64,000 bases of DNA from Schmidtea polychroa (lineage: Eukaryota). Each line of letters opens with the position of its first letter. The stretch's first letter is position 1. The stretch is from NCBI GenBank assembly GCA_044892525.1, contig CM097887.1:118522397-118586396 (forward strand), in the 5' to 3' direction. A program made the translations under genes and the position numbers. Positions 48,201 through 61,929 of the stretch are shown here, in pieces. The notes below the pieces were generated by a model. The model was not told where the DNA came from. It worked only from the letters and a program-made list of their open reading frames with translations, and did not search any database.

Positions 48201-48655
48201 GTTGATAGACGCCGAGATGGCCGAGAAGAGCAGGTTAGAGGTTGGCCCAATCACAGCCGATCTTCGTCAGTCAAGCGATCAGAAGGGAAGAATCGACCTG
48301 TTGTAGTTGAACGCAATCAGAAGTTCCGACGCAGTCAGTCTTCATCCAGCAGTTCCAGTAGCAGTTCCGGCTCATCTGACAGTAGCTCATCGAGTTCGTC
48401 GAGTTCTTCTTCTGGCAGTAGCTCATCTTCCAGCTCTTCATCGGACGAGGAGATTGAAGAGGCGAAAGATCAAGAGGAGACTGATCGAAGACTCGTGAAG
48501 AAACGGAGATCGGCAGAAAACGATGTTGGAGTAATTTATTTGTTTTTATTGTGATTTTATTGATTCAGGAAAAGGACAGAGATGATAGCTTCTTGAAGGA
48601 AGAGGAAAAACGATTAAGACAGAAAGCTTTGGAATCTTTACAAAGACGCAAATAA
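45266..48655 (+). CDS. SRRM1: Serine/arginine repetitive matrix protein 1 (PWI domain plus R/S/E-rich tail), 7 exons
   Basis: Exons 45266-45286 (MDGGFFK), 45333-45422 (GTTTEQDSRFSDKQ), 45466-45588 (IKPWINKRLTELLGFDDDVV), 45685-45855 (QVNLTGFLNAKNSRMFLAELWELL), 46747-47139, 47190-48524 (or 48530), 48569-48655 (EKRLRQKALESL). PWI N-terminus and C-terminal LR.KAL.S are SRRM1 hallmarks. Confidence 0.93.
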
Positions 48656-49639
48656 TAATAAATAAATCTGCTGATGCGGCGAAGCAGTGATTTATTTTAT
48701 GTTTCAATTTTTATTGTAAATGAAAGTTTGAAGTTTTAGAATTTGTCTTCATTCAAATATATGTAAATATCACGCTTTTGTTTTTTCTTTGAGATTGTTT
48801 TATGTTAAAATTTTGATTCGGATTCCACGTGTTCAATATTCAATAATTGACTGAATATTTACAAAGTTATAGGAATCCCTGCTGTTAATTTTTAACATGT
48901 ATAACTTTAACTAACTAGGTCTAACTTTTCATCAATATTCTATGTGAATAAATGTCGATAAAAAGTTTGTAGGGAGTTTTAATTCCATATTGTAATATTT
49001 GTCATTGTGTTCCTTCAGTTTTCATGTTAACTGGTAGTTTTTGATATGTTCGGAATTGGTTGTGCCACGCATTAGGAAAATTAGGTCAAATCGCGTTACA
49101 AAATATGAAAACTGTTTGCACTTAGGGGTGTTAAAATGTTCTAGGGCTGTGGATAAATTTTTCATTAACTATTCCTTAAACGCCTTCATGAATTTTTACT
49201 TTCTACATTCCATGTATTCATTGCAACATAATGTGTATAGTGGCTAAACATCAATAAGCAGCTGAGCTCCATCACTATAACTACTCCTTTTTGCATTTTC
49301 ACGTTTGGGTTCATGGCTGCCGATAGATGGATTTATTTCTAGAATTAATACACTGTCTTGTTCATTTAGATAAAGTTCTTATTGTTTAATGTTAATCAAT
49401 GTTGCTTCCAAAAATTTTCGAGCCAGATATATTTTGCATTATAATATTAAGGATTGGCAGAGTTCTAAGGTTTCTGGCTGTTTTCAAGTGTTCATCATTC
49501 ATCTCAAAATTGAGTGTGAGTATAATTTGTAAGCTAACTTTAATTGAATGAAATGCGGTATCAGTGTTCTTTGTCCAACATATCTTGGCGCTCTCATGAC
49601 CTTCATCCTAATTTATTGGTAAAATGTGCTGGGTTAAAG

Positions 49640-49890
49640 ATAAATGTTATTTTATAAAAAGAAATAAAATCTTTAGGATATGTGATAAACGATTAAGGAA
49701 TACAAACTGATGAAAACAAAATTGTTGTGATTAAAAATTTCGAAACTCCAAAATATGTTAAAAAATTACGAAGGTTTCTTAGATTAACAAATTATTATCA
49801 TCAATTTATAAAAAATTATAATATGCATTCAAAACCACTCTAAAAATTGTGTGGTATAAATCAGACAAATGCATGCGAATAGGCCTTTCA
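49640..49890 (+). mobile_element. Decayed Ty3/gypsy RT C-terminal relic
   Basis: KEIKSLGYVIND*GIQTDENKIVVIKNFETPKYVKKLRRFLRLTNYYHQFIKNY. Confidence 0.75.
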
Positions 49891-50839
49891 AGAATTTAAT
49901 TAATTAAACATTAAGTAAAGTCAAATTAAGAACACGAAACATCAATTAACCAATCTAGAGAACCTACAGAACACCAAAATGATAAACACAAAAGTAAAGT
50001 AAAAATAAAACAAAAGCAAGAAGTATTACACGAAGTGAACTCAAACATAGCATGAACACAACCAAATAAATAAATTTGAAATAATGAGAGAAAAGAAAAT
50101 TAGGAATGGAAATGGAAAAGATTTCCACAAAATATCATTAAAAAATGAATTAAGAATCTAAAATTATAATAGAAATGACCAGAAAAACTAGAATATTCTA
50201 TAAAAATGGCGAAATCCATCATGGCCGCCAAGTAGATATTTGAAGCTATGATATAAAAATTTGAAAACTAAATTATCAAAAAGTAAAATGAAATAACATA
50301 AGAATTAAATGGAATAGGAATTAATCAATAAAATTATTAAAGGCACGCTCACTTCTCGCGAGTATTCACCTATGCAACACATCACCAACGTTGATTGATC
50401 AACGGGTGTCGGATGGTAGAGTATACCTCTGTACCTGAGGTTGCATCGGAAACGTTATGAAAAGGTAAAGTGTGGATTACCTGCGACCCATCAGCATAAC
50501 TAAGAGCTACAAAACAGAGCTAAAATGCAAGCAGCATTATTTCTTAACAAAGAAAATGTGTCATTTGGAGGTTCTTGATAAAAATCGTTGAGTGTTATAT
50601 ATTAAAATTTGGTTTTGAGCCCTGCGTTAAATTGCAGATCAATTAGTTCCATTTGCAATGGATCAGGTGCGAGTTCGGAATTGATTGTAATTGGGTTGCT
50701 AAACAACTCTAACTCTAGTTCTCCTTTTCAAAAATCTAAAAATCATTTTTGAAATTACTTAAGTATGGGCTGCACTTTTAATCAATATTTTGTTTTTATG
50801 ACTCAAAAGTATTTGATGTTTGGACCGATCTTCTAGTTT

Positions 50840-52251
50840 TATTTAATAGTTCAGACTGATCGCAACACCCCTTTTAAAAGCTGAGAAGGCCACAATTAAA
50901 GTTTTATTTCAAATGCACGTATTAAATCAAAAGCTTCACTGATGACCAGGTCTTTGCCTTGCAACCTGGTATTCAGAGTATTTAAATGTCCAGTGATATC
51001 TACCAAAAAAGTCAAATCTGTGAGCCATTGTGGATCTTATAGCTCTAGTACTGCATTATTTTTATTTACCATAAACATCTCAAATTCTTCTCGAAGTTCA
51101 TAAAAATGTTTCAGCTCATTCCCTCTACTCAATCAGCGTACATCACACTGGTATATAACGTCGGTATATTCAATTTCAAGTTCAGTCAAAATATTTTAAA
51201 ACTGACAATGATTGAGCCCAAGTGCTTTGATGTAATTAACTGTTTTACAACAACATTCATGACATTTTACAAATTAGCTACTTTACAGCACAAGGCTTGC
51301 TGATGAATAATGGAATGGTATCGCTACTAGCAGTGAATTGTGACTGAGAGGCGTTGGTACAGATCAAGCATACATAACACTCTTTGAATCACAGTATCGC
51401 ATGACAAACTGATATTTTAAATAAATTGTTTTATATCCGGAAACACAATTTCTGTGGCAATTATCACGTAGTCCTTCACAAATTCTCCCATTGAAAAAAG
51501 GCTTTATTTGTTTGGCAATTTATTAAGACACTGCATAACTAGCATCTATAGCTGATAATGACTCACTGGAAAGTTTTTTAAACACATTTTGTTGCTTAGA
51601 TACGCTTTGTCTAAGTTCTTCAGCTTTTCCAATTCTGTTTTCGCCGGCTATAGTATTATACACATTATTGTGCTTCGTGTCATAATGCCGACGAAGATGA
51701 TATTCTTTCATGACATTTGCAAATTAGGGACATTAGGTCGCCATTATATCTTCAAAATCAATTTCAGTCCAAAATGTCTCTAAACGTTCCTGATTCATTA
51801 TCCATTTTCGCTTTTTTGTTATTTTTGCATGCATGATGTTTTAATTTATAACGTTTTTATAAATTATACAGGTTGAAAGATTTAATTTAAAAACGCATGT
51901 TGTTTTAAAATAATTTAAGTAATATAAAATAATACATATAAACGACGTAACATAAACACAATAATCCGGAACTTAAAAGTTAATAACTCGAGAAGCTGTT
52001 TACAAATAAATTGTGCTTTTAAATTTAAAAAGTTTGGAAATAAATGACGATATGATGTTAATAACTGATTATTTTAGAAATCAATATGTATCCATTATTA
52101 ATAGTAACAAAATTGCTTAGTGTTACATTTTAAAATTATTATTTTTTGGAAAATGAATCAGTTGAAAATACAAAAAAGTAGGGAGATTGCAAAGTTTTCT
52201 TTATGGTCACAGGCCAATATTGGCCCACGGACCAGAAGTTTGACATCACTG
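50840..52251 (-). mobile_element. Decayed SPIN/GTF2IRD2-like hAT element
   Basis: TIR CAGTGATGTCAAACTTCTGGTCCGTGGGCC at 52251; transposase pieces MKEYHLRRHYDTKH, HCIIHQQALC and WLTDLTFLVDITGHLNTLNTRLQGKD. Confidence 0.85.
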
Positions 52252-52269
52252 ATTGAAACAGTATTATTA

Positions 52270-52900
52270 AAACCATTTGCAGAGAAATATGGAATTAATC
52301 TAGAATGTTGAAATCCGTATCATCATTCACTAATAAACTAACTGCACCTCAATTTAAAACTATTAGAGATGCCATCCAGATTTCCTTAAAAGAAACAAAA
52401 AATCAAAGACTGGGTCAAAATACTTCCTGAAGTTAAATTTATGTTGAATGCCACAATTCAGAAAATTACTCAGTTGAATCCAGGGTAAATTCTTTTTGGA
52501 AACAAAATTGCCAGAAAGCGGCATGACAATGAAGAACCATGTGAACTAAAATTATTAATGGAAAAGCGTTAATCAAAAACGAATACAATGAAATAAGGAT
52601 TAAAAATTATTTTTCAATGAAGTAAACCAAATCGAATTTTCAATGTTGGGGGTGTTGTTTTGTTAAAAACAACATGTTGCATATAAAAATGAAGATAGAT
52701 TTGAAGGTTCAGTAAATAATAAAGAAGTTGCACGACAGAAGTTTCATGATCTAATTTCAGAATAAAAAATCGAAAATTAAAAATGTTGAATAGATCAAAC
52801 ATTTTAAAATGAAGGGGAATGTAAAATGACTTTGAATAATACCGGTTCAAAACTATATAATGTTTATGCATGTTGAATTTGTATGACGAATATGACGAAT
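52270..52900 (+). mobile_element. Decayed gypsy integrase, PPT and start of 3' LTR
   Basis: EKYGINLE...FKTIRDAI...DWVKILPEVKFMLNATIQK...ILFG; GAAGGGGAA followed by TGTAAAATG at about 52819. Confidence 0.7.
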
Positions 52901-52919
52901 ATTACGCATCACTGATAAG

Positions 52920-53255
52920 AGGGCGATGCAGGCGATTCAAATCATCGGGGCCCGCGAAATGATCATATTTGGCTTTAAAATTTCAATTTCAGATATGCAC
53001 TCTTCCAGTCATTGTTGCTCAAGGAGAGCGTTCGTTCAGTAGTCTTGCAAATATTAAAAACTACAAAAGATCTACAATGCTGTAACCCAGATTAAATGAC
53101 GGCTATTTTTAATATAGAATCGAAAATAGCAAGACAGATCAACTTTTCAAATGTTATTAATAAATTTGCGAGTAAAAAACCAAGAAAAGCATGTTTTTAA
53201 AAAAAATATAAGTTTGTAATTGCATCGAGGCCCGGAATGGCACTCGACGGCCCTG
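52920..53255 (+). mobile_element. Non-autonomous hAT (ZMYM1-like dimerisation domain remnant)
   Basis: TLPVIVAQGERSFSSLANIKNYKRSTM...INFSNVINKFASKKPRK; right TIR CTCGACGGCCCTG. Confidence 0.75.
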
Positions 53256-53331
53256 CTATTACGTAATGTATATCTGAATGACAAAGGTGCGATATTATAT
53301 TATATATGCATGCGTGTATCTTGCTCATAAT

Positions 53332-54036
53332 CAGTGCCGGATTCAGATCTTATAAGGCTCTAAACTATTTGAAATATGGGGCCCTTTATAAGACCATATA
53401 TCATATTTCAGCAACAAATATGATTTTCGGATACCTAGAGGGATAAACTGAAATACAATTAAGAATTATAGATAGTGAAATAATAACTCTTTAATTTAAA
53501 ATCATTTTTATTCATAACAAACTTAAAAATGCAAACTCTGATAAAAAGAAGCAAAAGATCTTTAAAAAAACAATTTACAAAGGCTTATTATCTAATCTCT
53601 TGAAACATGCTATGAGAATTAAGGAATTATATTAAACTAAAATATTTTCTTTCTTGCCTTTCCTGAGCAAAGTCACTGAGGACATCATCGAATGATAAAC
53701 TGCGTAGTTTGTCACTTTCTATATACATGACACTGAGGGAACATAATTTATCTTGAATCATTGTTGTTCTAAATTCAGAAGCTGTCGAAATTTATCAGTA
53801 ATCTAGGTTGTCATAATTATTTTCATAAAAAAACCATAGGCATAATAGCACTTTGCATTTGTTCTTCGAATTGACGTCCTAAAATAATTGGATGAAGAGT
53901 ATGGGACGTTTCAGACATGTAACAGTAGGAAAAGTAATGCTGCAGTATATTTAAGTCGACATGACAATATCTCATTCGAACACTTTTTGGGCCCCTAAGA
54001 AAGCAAGGGTGTAGCCTATACGTAAATCCTGCACTG
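53332..54036. mobile_element. Non-autonomous hAT element with perfect TSD
   Basis: TIRs CAGTGCCGGATT / CAGTGCAGGATT; perfect 8-bp TSD CTCATAAT at 53324-53331 and 54037-54044. Confidence 0.9.
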
Positions 54037-55674
54037 CTCATAATACTTGCAATAAAATTACTTCATTCTGTGGGATAATCAGTCTTTAAGTTGATAATAA
54101 ATCTTATGTCTTTAAAGTCTTTCAACAGTGTACATCAATAATTCTAAAAATTCAGAATTTCCTTGTCAGTGTTCCTTTACTCGACAGTAGAATTGGTGTT
54201 GTGTGCTGTTTAAAAGATTGAAAAATATTCAAACACAAATCTTCTGCCCTGATTGGAGAAATCGTAAAGCAAACACAAGCCAATAAGAACAGATAATTAC
54301 ATGAAAAAATATAACTAGTCGCACAATTTCATCCAAAAACTAACTAACTTTCGGTTTCGCTTAATTCACTTTTCTATCGATGCCGAATGTGAATTTTGTA
54401 GTATTTGCTTTAATAATATCTTATCCAAGTTTTATTTTAACTTTATCATAGTTACCAGAATAGCTGTCAATCAAAACATGATTTCTTGCCATAACCATTT
54501 GGCGTTTTAGTTTTAGTAACATCTTCTTGTTTTGTCTCATAAATCATTCTTAGTTGGTCTGAAAATGCACTAAAATTAAATGACAAATCAGAAGGGAATG
54601 TCTCGACTGGCACAAGACATCTGACTTTGAGTCTTCTGCGGGCCTCATCTACTCCAGTCCAGGTGCTCGGTAACTATCTTCTGAACTACTAACAGTATCA
54701 GGATGAAAATTCACTACGTAGGACACATCTAGTAAGTTTACAGGTATATAGCCACTGGCGTGAGTTACTAATAAATATTGAAGAAAAGAAATAGGTATTT
54801 TTACCGATTTTTCCCGAGGAAAATTTTCTGAACATTTCATTGAACGGACAAATTAAGTATATAATACAATGCTGTGATATTGGTATGGAGGAATTTCAAA
54901 GTGTGTGTGGGAAAGGTAAAAATATTAAATAAGGATGGAATTCTGCTTAAATTTTTGAATGAAGTAGCAATAAATATTACAAAATTTATAAAAAAAAATG
55001 ATCAAAAATTGAGAATTAGTCTTGATAGTAAATATCACCTGCTCATTACTTCTCAATTACATTTCACATTACCAACTGGGTAATAAATCATACCAGGCAA
55101 GGGTTAGGGGCAGAATGAAGTAAAATCTCTGAGGTTTAGATTCCCAGAACCACTAGTCATAGCAACTTGTCAAATATAATAAAGTTAATATAAAATTGTC
55201 ATTTAAAATGAAATCATCGAAATTTTAAATAGCATTGGTTTCAGCAGATCATTGATGATTATTTTATTATCAGCAAACGCAAATATGCTCATTTAGTTAA
55301 TGCCAAAAATTTAACACAATAATAAAAAATATTCTTTTTAAATAAAATTCAACTTTAAATAAAATTTTTGAAAATTTGCAATAAATTAGAATATTCATAT
55401 TTCATCAAATACATATAAATTGTGCTAGAAATCTTTTAATACTAACTTTTGTTTAATCGAAATAAATTTCTAAATTTTTTGCTTATGTCCGCACCTATAA
55501 TAAAAAAAGTTAATATATAAAATTAATTTAAATATGTACATTAATATTCAATTTTAAATAATTAATAATAATTCATTTTTTAATTTTTATAAATTTAAAT
55601 AATGAAAATGTCTGAATTTTTTATTTTTTAGTTATTTTGATTGAAACTATTAATTATACAGATGCTATCATATT

Positions 55675-58600
55675 ATGGCTGGACTTGGACAGTAATATTT
55701 ATTAAAATTTGTCAGTAATTAATATTTTTTCATCAGAAGTAGCGTACCTTCAAGTGATCAATCTACACCTTGGAATTCTTCACAGTTTAAATTCATTTTT
55801 AACAATTATTATCGTTTGATTTGATTGTTAGGTTTAACATGGGAAGATCTGGAGCGATAGATAATCATTCATCTATACAATCTAAATATTATGCAATGTC
55901 AGAAAAAAGAGTAAGTAAATAATGTTTATTACTATGTACTCTATTAAGTCTGATTAATTGTTACAATTTTATTCAATTTTAAATGTTATTAATTTAAGCT
56001 TTTTAAAATAAAATAAAAATTAATTTTTAAATTTGTATTTAAATTTTTATTGTATACGAATTAAATATGAAATTGAGCAGGATTAATTGTTGCATTTATT
56101 TAAAAATGTCATGCAATTTGTTCTTTCTCAAGTCGGTCGTAAAAATGATTTACTTTAAATATTAATACCACAAATCATGATTAATTACGAGATGAACACA
56201 AATGAACTAAGTTTTGTCATTGAACAGTAATTTAAATTACTTTTAAAATCTAGTCAGTACGCCATTACATAATCATATTTAGTATTAGATGGAGTTCTAC
56301 TGGAGTTCTATTTAATTTCACCAATGGATTTCGTTTGATTTTGTAATCATTTATTCAATATCACATTTTACAAGGATGAGGTTTATAATCAATGAGCAAT
56401 TACTGATTATAATGGTTTGATTTTTGGGTACTTAAATTTTTCTACTGAGTCCCAATTTTAATATTAGAATCATGTATACTCTTTTCTATTCATAGTCGCT
56501 AACGGAATTACAAAGGAATCTATCATATCGACTTAGTTGCCAAATGAGTGAAAAAGGTTAATATAACCTTTAGCAATTGCTTGTCACAAGTTTTGCTGAT
56601 TAAAAAGGAAAATGTAATCTGAAAATAATTATAGTTGATCTATTATAGGAAAATATTTTTTGCCAATTATATTTTCCCTATCAAGCTAATTTACGGACAC
56701 CAAAACTCACATTGATTATATAAAAAACTAATTAATTATAAAATTAGTGGTGTAACATGGCTATTTCAGGATCCTGTTCAATTTTCCGGTCGTGGAAAAG
56801 GTTGAAAATCTCTGATATAGTCAAACTGCATTTTTGTGAGATTTGATTGGTTTAAATTTAAAATAAATTATTATAAAGATTATTACAAAATCCTTTTAAT
56901 ACGCTTGTCGAATATGATTTTAATATTGCGAATAATATGCCAGTGAATCAAACTGTGAAACCAGAATCCATACTTAAAACTACTCAACTAATAACTGTAA
57001 ACCGAGTTTGACTATATTAGATTGATCGCTGAAAATGTGGTGATCATTTTTTGCTTAATAAATATATTAAATTAACTATTGATTTTAATGAATGCTTACT
57101 AGACATTTGGTGATCAGAGACTAATGCCAGAAGAAAATGGCGTTCTATCCCAGAATATGTTTCAGTTTAATCGTCAACAAACAGGATTCCAATCATCGAA
57201 TATTTCAAATGAGAAAACTTATATATCAAATCTTCAATCTAATATGAATTTATCTAGTGGCAACAATGCCATTAATTATAACATGTATCCTAGAAATATT
57301 AATGATTCCGGGCTTTATCCACCTAACTTAGATTTATCATCCCAATCTAAACAAGGATTTAATTCTAGTTCTCGCATGGGCAATATGCCACAATATATGG
57401 AAAATTCATTACCAAGTCATTCATATCTTTCTCCGACTCCACACAGGACTATCAGCGGTGCCACGATGAATCCTAATGTTCCTATTTACAATGGCCAAAA
57501 TATGTCCTCCAAAAATCGACCTGGATCATATAACTTCGATTCTAATTCTGCCTCATTAGTTGGCCAATGGGATACCCCTATTGGCAATTTTGATAGTTCG
57601 GATTTTCCATGCCTCAACAAACCCAAACTCCATACCCAACTTTCTCAGTTGTCAGGAAATTATAATTACAGCTTATCGAACAAAACCGGGTCAATCAACT
57701 ACCAACAAATGGTTATGAAGCCTACCATAACACCGGGTGAGCATTCGAATGAGTTCTCCATACAACAGGAAGACTTTCCAGCGTTACCGGTTGCACAGAA
57801 TCCGGTTTCATCAACAGAGACGCAGAGATCATCATCAGCAGCTGGAATTAGTGCTGCAGCATTTACTGGTTCTGAAATCGTGTCTCAGTCTCTTAGTAAC
57901 TCGATCACGTTAAGGCCAACTGGGTTCGATTCATTGGAACCTCAAAAGTTTCATAGTAGCTATTATGACCTAGCGATGCACGATCAATCGACTCATGTCC
58001 AGCCAGCTTCTTCCGTCTCTTCGTCCATATCGTCATCTAACAACAGTTCTCAGCAGAACAAGCACGTGCCCAAGAAAATTGTACAGGGACCGAATAATTA
58101 CATCACCAATATTCCTAACGATATGGTTTCTGACGCGTTCGGATTAATTGGACTAGTGAAATTGATTGGTATTAACGATACTCATGAAAATCTCAATTTG
58201 CTCGCGCCAGGCCTCGATACGTTGAGTTTGAACCGGGAGTTGAGTAGTAACAGGTTGGAGTTTATTTGATTTATTGATAAATAATATAAATCGAGTTAAT
58301 TATCTTTAAGATATTGAATTTATATCATTATTGAATTTATCATTATTGAATTTATATCATTATTGAATTTATATCATTATTGAATTTATATCATTATTGA
58401 ATTTATATCATTATTGAATTTATATCATTATTGAATTTATATCATTATTGAATTTATATCATTATTGAATTTATCATTATTGAATTTATATCATTATTGA
58501 ATTTATATCATTATTGAATTTATATCATTATTGAATTTATATCATTATTGAATTTATATCATTATTGAATTTATATCATTATTGAATTTATATCATTATT

Positions 58601-61600
58601 GAATTTATATCATTATTGAATTTATATCATTAAATTATGAGAATAAAGGGAATCCTGATCACTTGGAATTGCATGTAATTATAAACATTTAGTTTTGAAT
58701 GTTAATCTCATGGTAAAGTAAGAAATTTTTTATCTAAAAATGTAGAGTAAGTTAATAAAAACGGAAACGTGTCTAATTGTAATATTTCACCTTTTGGTTC
58801 ACAGACACAATTTTACATTGAATTATGAATGTTCACATTTGATATTTGATTTATTTCTTATTTAAATATAATCAATGTTTATCTCTCCTTTTGAACAAGA
58901 ACTGTATTTGAAATATTTCTGGTAAGTGTGAACCATTTAAATACTATTTTCCTTAATATAATGTTATAATATAAATACAAATTTATCAATCAATCTTAAA
59001 AATTAATATTAATATTTAAATCGATTCCTAATTTGTCAAATAAAGCTTAAAAGAATGAAAGAAGGGAAAACATACTAAAATTAAGAAGAAATCAAAATAA
59101 GCTTGGAAATAAAAATGGAAATGAAAGAAGTATAAGATTATCTCTAATGTGAGTAAGTGATTTCAATTGACATCCAAACGAGAATGAAATTTAAAGGAAG
59201 TTAAGGTTGTCTCTGATACCGCAAATCACGAGTGTTAATGAAATAATTGGTCATTAACTTTATCCTCAATAAAGCAATATAACTATGTTAACATTAGGGT
59301 GACTGTTCGTCTCGGAATTAACAATTAGTTTATAATCTAAATAAATTTAGTTTCTATAGTATTTCCATTCACATATTGTATTATTTTCGGAACCTTGGAT
59401 TGATGTGATTATACGTGCATTCTTGTTCGCAATTATTCATAAACTCATGAATTTCGAATTTAATTTAAAATTAATCACTTATTCGAATTTTCTATGCTTT
59501 AAATAAAAAGTTTTTATTGTATTTACATTTGTTCATTAAGTGCAATTTTTATTATTTTTTTGTAAAATTACACCTATTCCTTTCTGGCTCAATTATCGGA
59601 ATGTACCACAGAAAAAAGAGCCAGCCTATTTAATACCTAATATATACTCTTTAAAAGTCTTTGGTTGTCTGGTTATTTTGAAATAATTGACCTATATATA
59701 ACTTGCCAGTCCATGATTTATCATTTAAATACTTAATTTTAATAAGTGAGATTTGAACTGCTTTTGCAAGCCAGTTGTTATCTCTTAATTTTAATATTGC
59801 GATAATAATGCGACGTAGAAAAAATGATAATAATAATTTTAGATAATTACTAGTTTAATAAAAGTTCATTCAAAACCATTTGATTTACCAAACTTAATAA
59901 CTATTTCAATAATATGTTGTGAGGACTCCAGCGCACTCTTCGAGGTCATTAAAAGTATGTCAAGGTTATGAAAGATTTGTAAATGGAATCATTTGTTTTA
60001 ATATTATTTTTATTTAATTACTTATTAATTTTGATTATTAATTATATATTTCTTCTATTTATTATTATTATTTTTAATTTTTATTTAATATTGTCCTGAA
60101 ATAATTATTTTTATATATAATTTTTATAAATATTTTTTTTTAAATAGAATAAATAAAAATATGAAAAATTAATAATTAAAAAAAATAATAAAGCAATCAA
60201 AATAATAATTCATTAGAATGTTGTGAGTACTCCAGCGCAATTTTCAAGTTCATTAAAAATATATTAATTAAATCATATATTTAATGTTTTTTATTTAATT
60301 AATTTTATTTATTAGTGTTAATAATTTATTAAATTATTTTATCTATTAATTTCAATTAATTTTTAATTGAAAATATTAATTAATATATAATTAATATATA
60401 TTAATTAAATCATATTTTTAATGTTTTTTTATTTAATTATTTTTATTTATTAATTTCAATTAATTTTTAAATTATTTTATTTGTTATTATTACTTTTTTT
60501 TATTTAATTTTAATTGTCTTAATATTTCTCATGACCACAATTAGTCAGCAAAAATTTTAATCAATAAGTTAAATTTAATTACAATAATTTTTAATATTTG
60601 TCTATATTTGTATAACAGTTTTTCAAAAGAAATGCTAGATGAAATTTTACAAATTATGCATATTTGGATAGGGAAAAGTGGATTTTCGGTTAATATTGAA
60701 ATAAAAAACGACATGCTATAGTAAATTTATAGTAAAATTTTAGTTTTCGATAAATTAATCAGTGTATATCGGAAGAATGGAATTAAACTGGTAAATTTTG
60801 ATATATAATCTCAATCTAAAACTTCTACCAGTTAACTATTATCATGCAAATAGACATTTCAATATCGATAAGTTTTGATAAAACTTTTATGAATTGTACA
60901 TTTCTATTTCATTTTGACAGCACAATTTTCGTAGAATGCGTATAAATATTTAGATATAATAGATAAGTCTCAGTAGTATCAAATAATCACTATTGACTTA
61001 TAAATCAATATTAATTGAGGTGAAATTCCTGTTGAAATCCAACACAGAATTGATCGCTCATAATGTATACCGGTTTATTAGGAGAGCTTATTGGAAATAT
61101 CACGACAATCAATAGAATTGTTTAATTGAATTTGATTGGTTAAATTTTACATTTATAAATTCTTATTAGATAAATTATTATAATTATTTTTTTATTTATA
61201 CTATGAAAACTGGAATATCATTTCAGGGAAATCTATCATTCATATGTTTCACCACTGAGCTCGAATTGTGCTGGGAGACCGCACGATATGGATTATCCAG
61301 TTCCGAAAGAATATCGTATTCGTCATCACATTTTAGATAAATTAGCCGATCCATTACCGGAAAAATTGTCCGATGAAACTCTTTTCTGGATATTCTACAA
61401 TCTAACCGGAGAAGAATGCCAAACTACAGCTGCTAAACAGTTGATGGCACGCCAATGGAGGTATAACAAACGGGAGAAATTTTGGTTGACTAGAGATTCC
61501 AAAGGTGTCAGCGAGCCGACCGTTCATCCGAATCTCGAACGGGGCAGTTACATCGTGTGGGATTACGAGAAAGCGCAAAGGGTCACAAAGATACTGACGG

Positions 61601-61896
61601 TTTACTATAAAGACCTGGAAAACGTTACACCTGCCGCAGCAAAAACATCGTTTCCTTTCTGTTATAATTCCCCATTTATTAAACGATCTGCTGTCAACAG
61701 TTCCACAGTTCCTCCTCAATTACCCCCGGGAAGATCGAATCCCAAAAATCTAGCTACATTTCTGCAAAATAATCCAATTTCTCAGAATTTTTCCCAGGTT
61801 GCTGCCGGCGCCGATCAAATGACTTCAACGGCGTCCCAAATCAGAGTACAAATCAATAATCATGCTCCACCTCCAGCAATTGTCGTATCTCAACAA

Positions 61897-61929
<33 letters not shown>

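Noticed and set aside
46710-48498. Multiple long antisense and alternate-frame ORFs
   Set aside because: Expected by-products of purine-rich low-complexity SRRM1 coding sequence.
58314-58632. CRISPR-like array
   Set aside because: Head-to-tail repeats with no unique spacers, in a eukaryotic intron, with no cas genes.
58900-58921. Candidate 22-nt CNOT2 microexon (AAG|...|GTAAGT)
   Set aside because: Inclusion shifts the frame; the direct 58253-61227 junction already restores the conserved protein. It could only be a poison exon, for which I have no evidence.
59850-60480. Local duplications (TGTTGTGAG.ACTCCAGCGC at about 59915 and 60220; AT-rich blocks)
   Set aside because: Ordinary degenerate tandem duplication in very AT-rich intron DNA.
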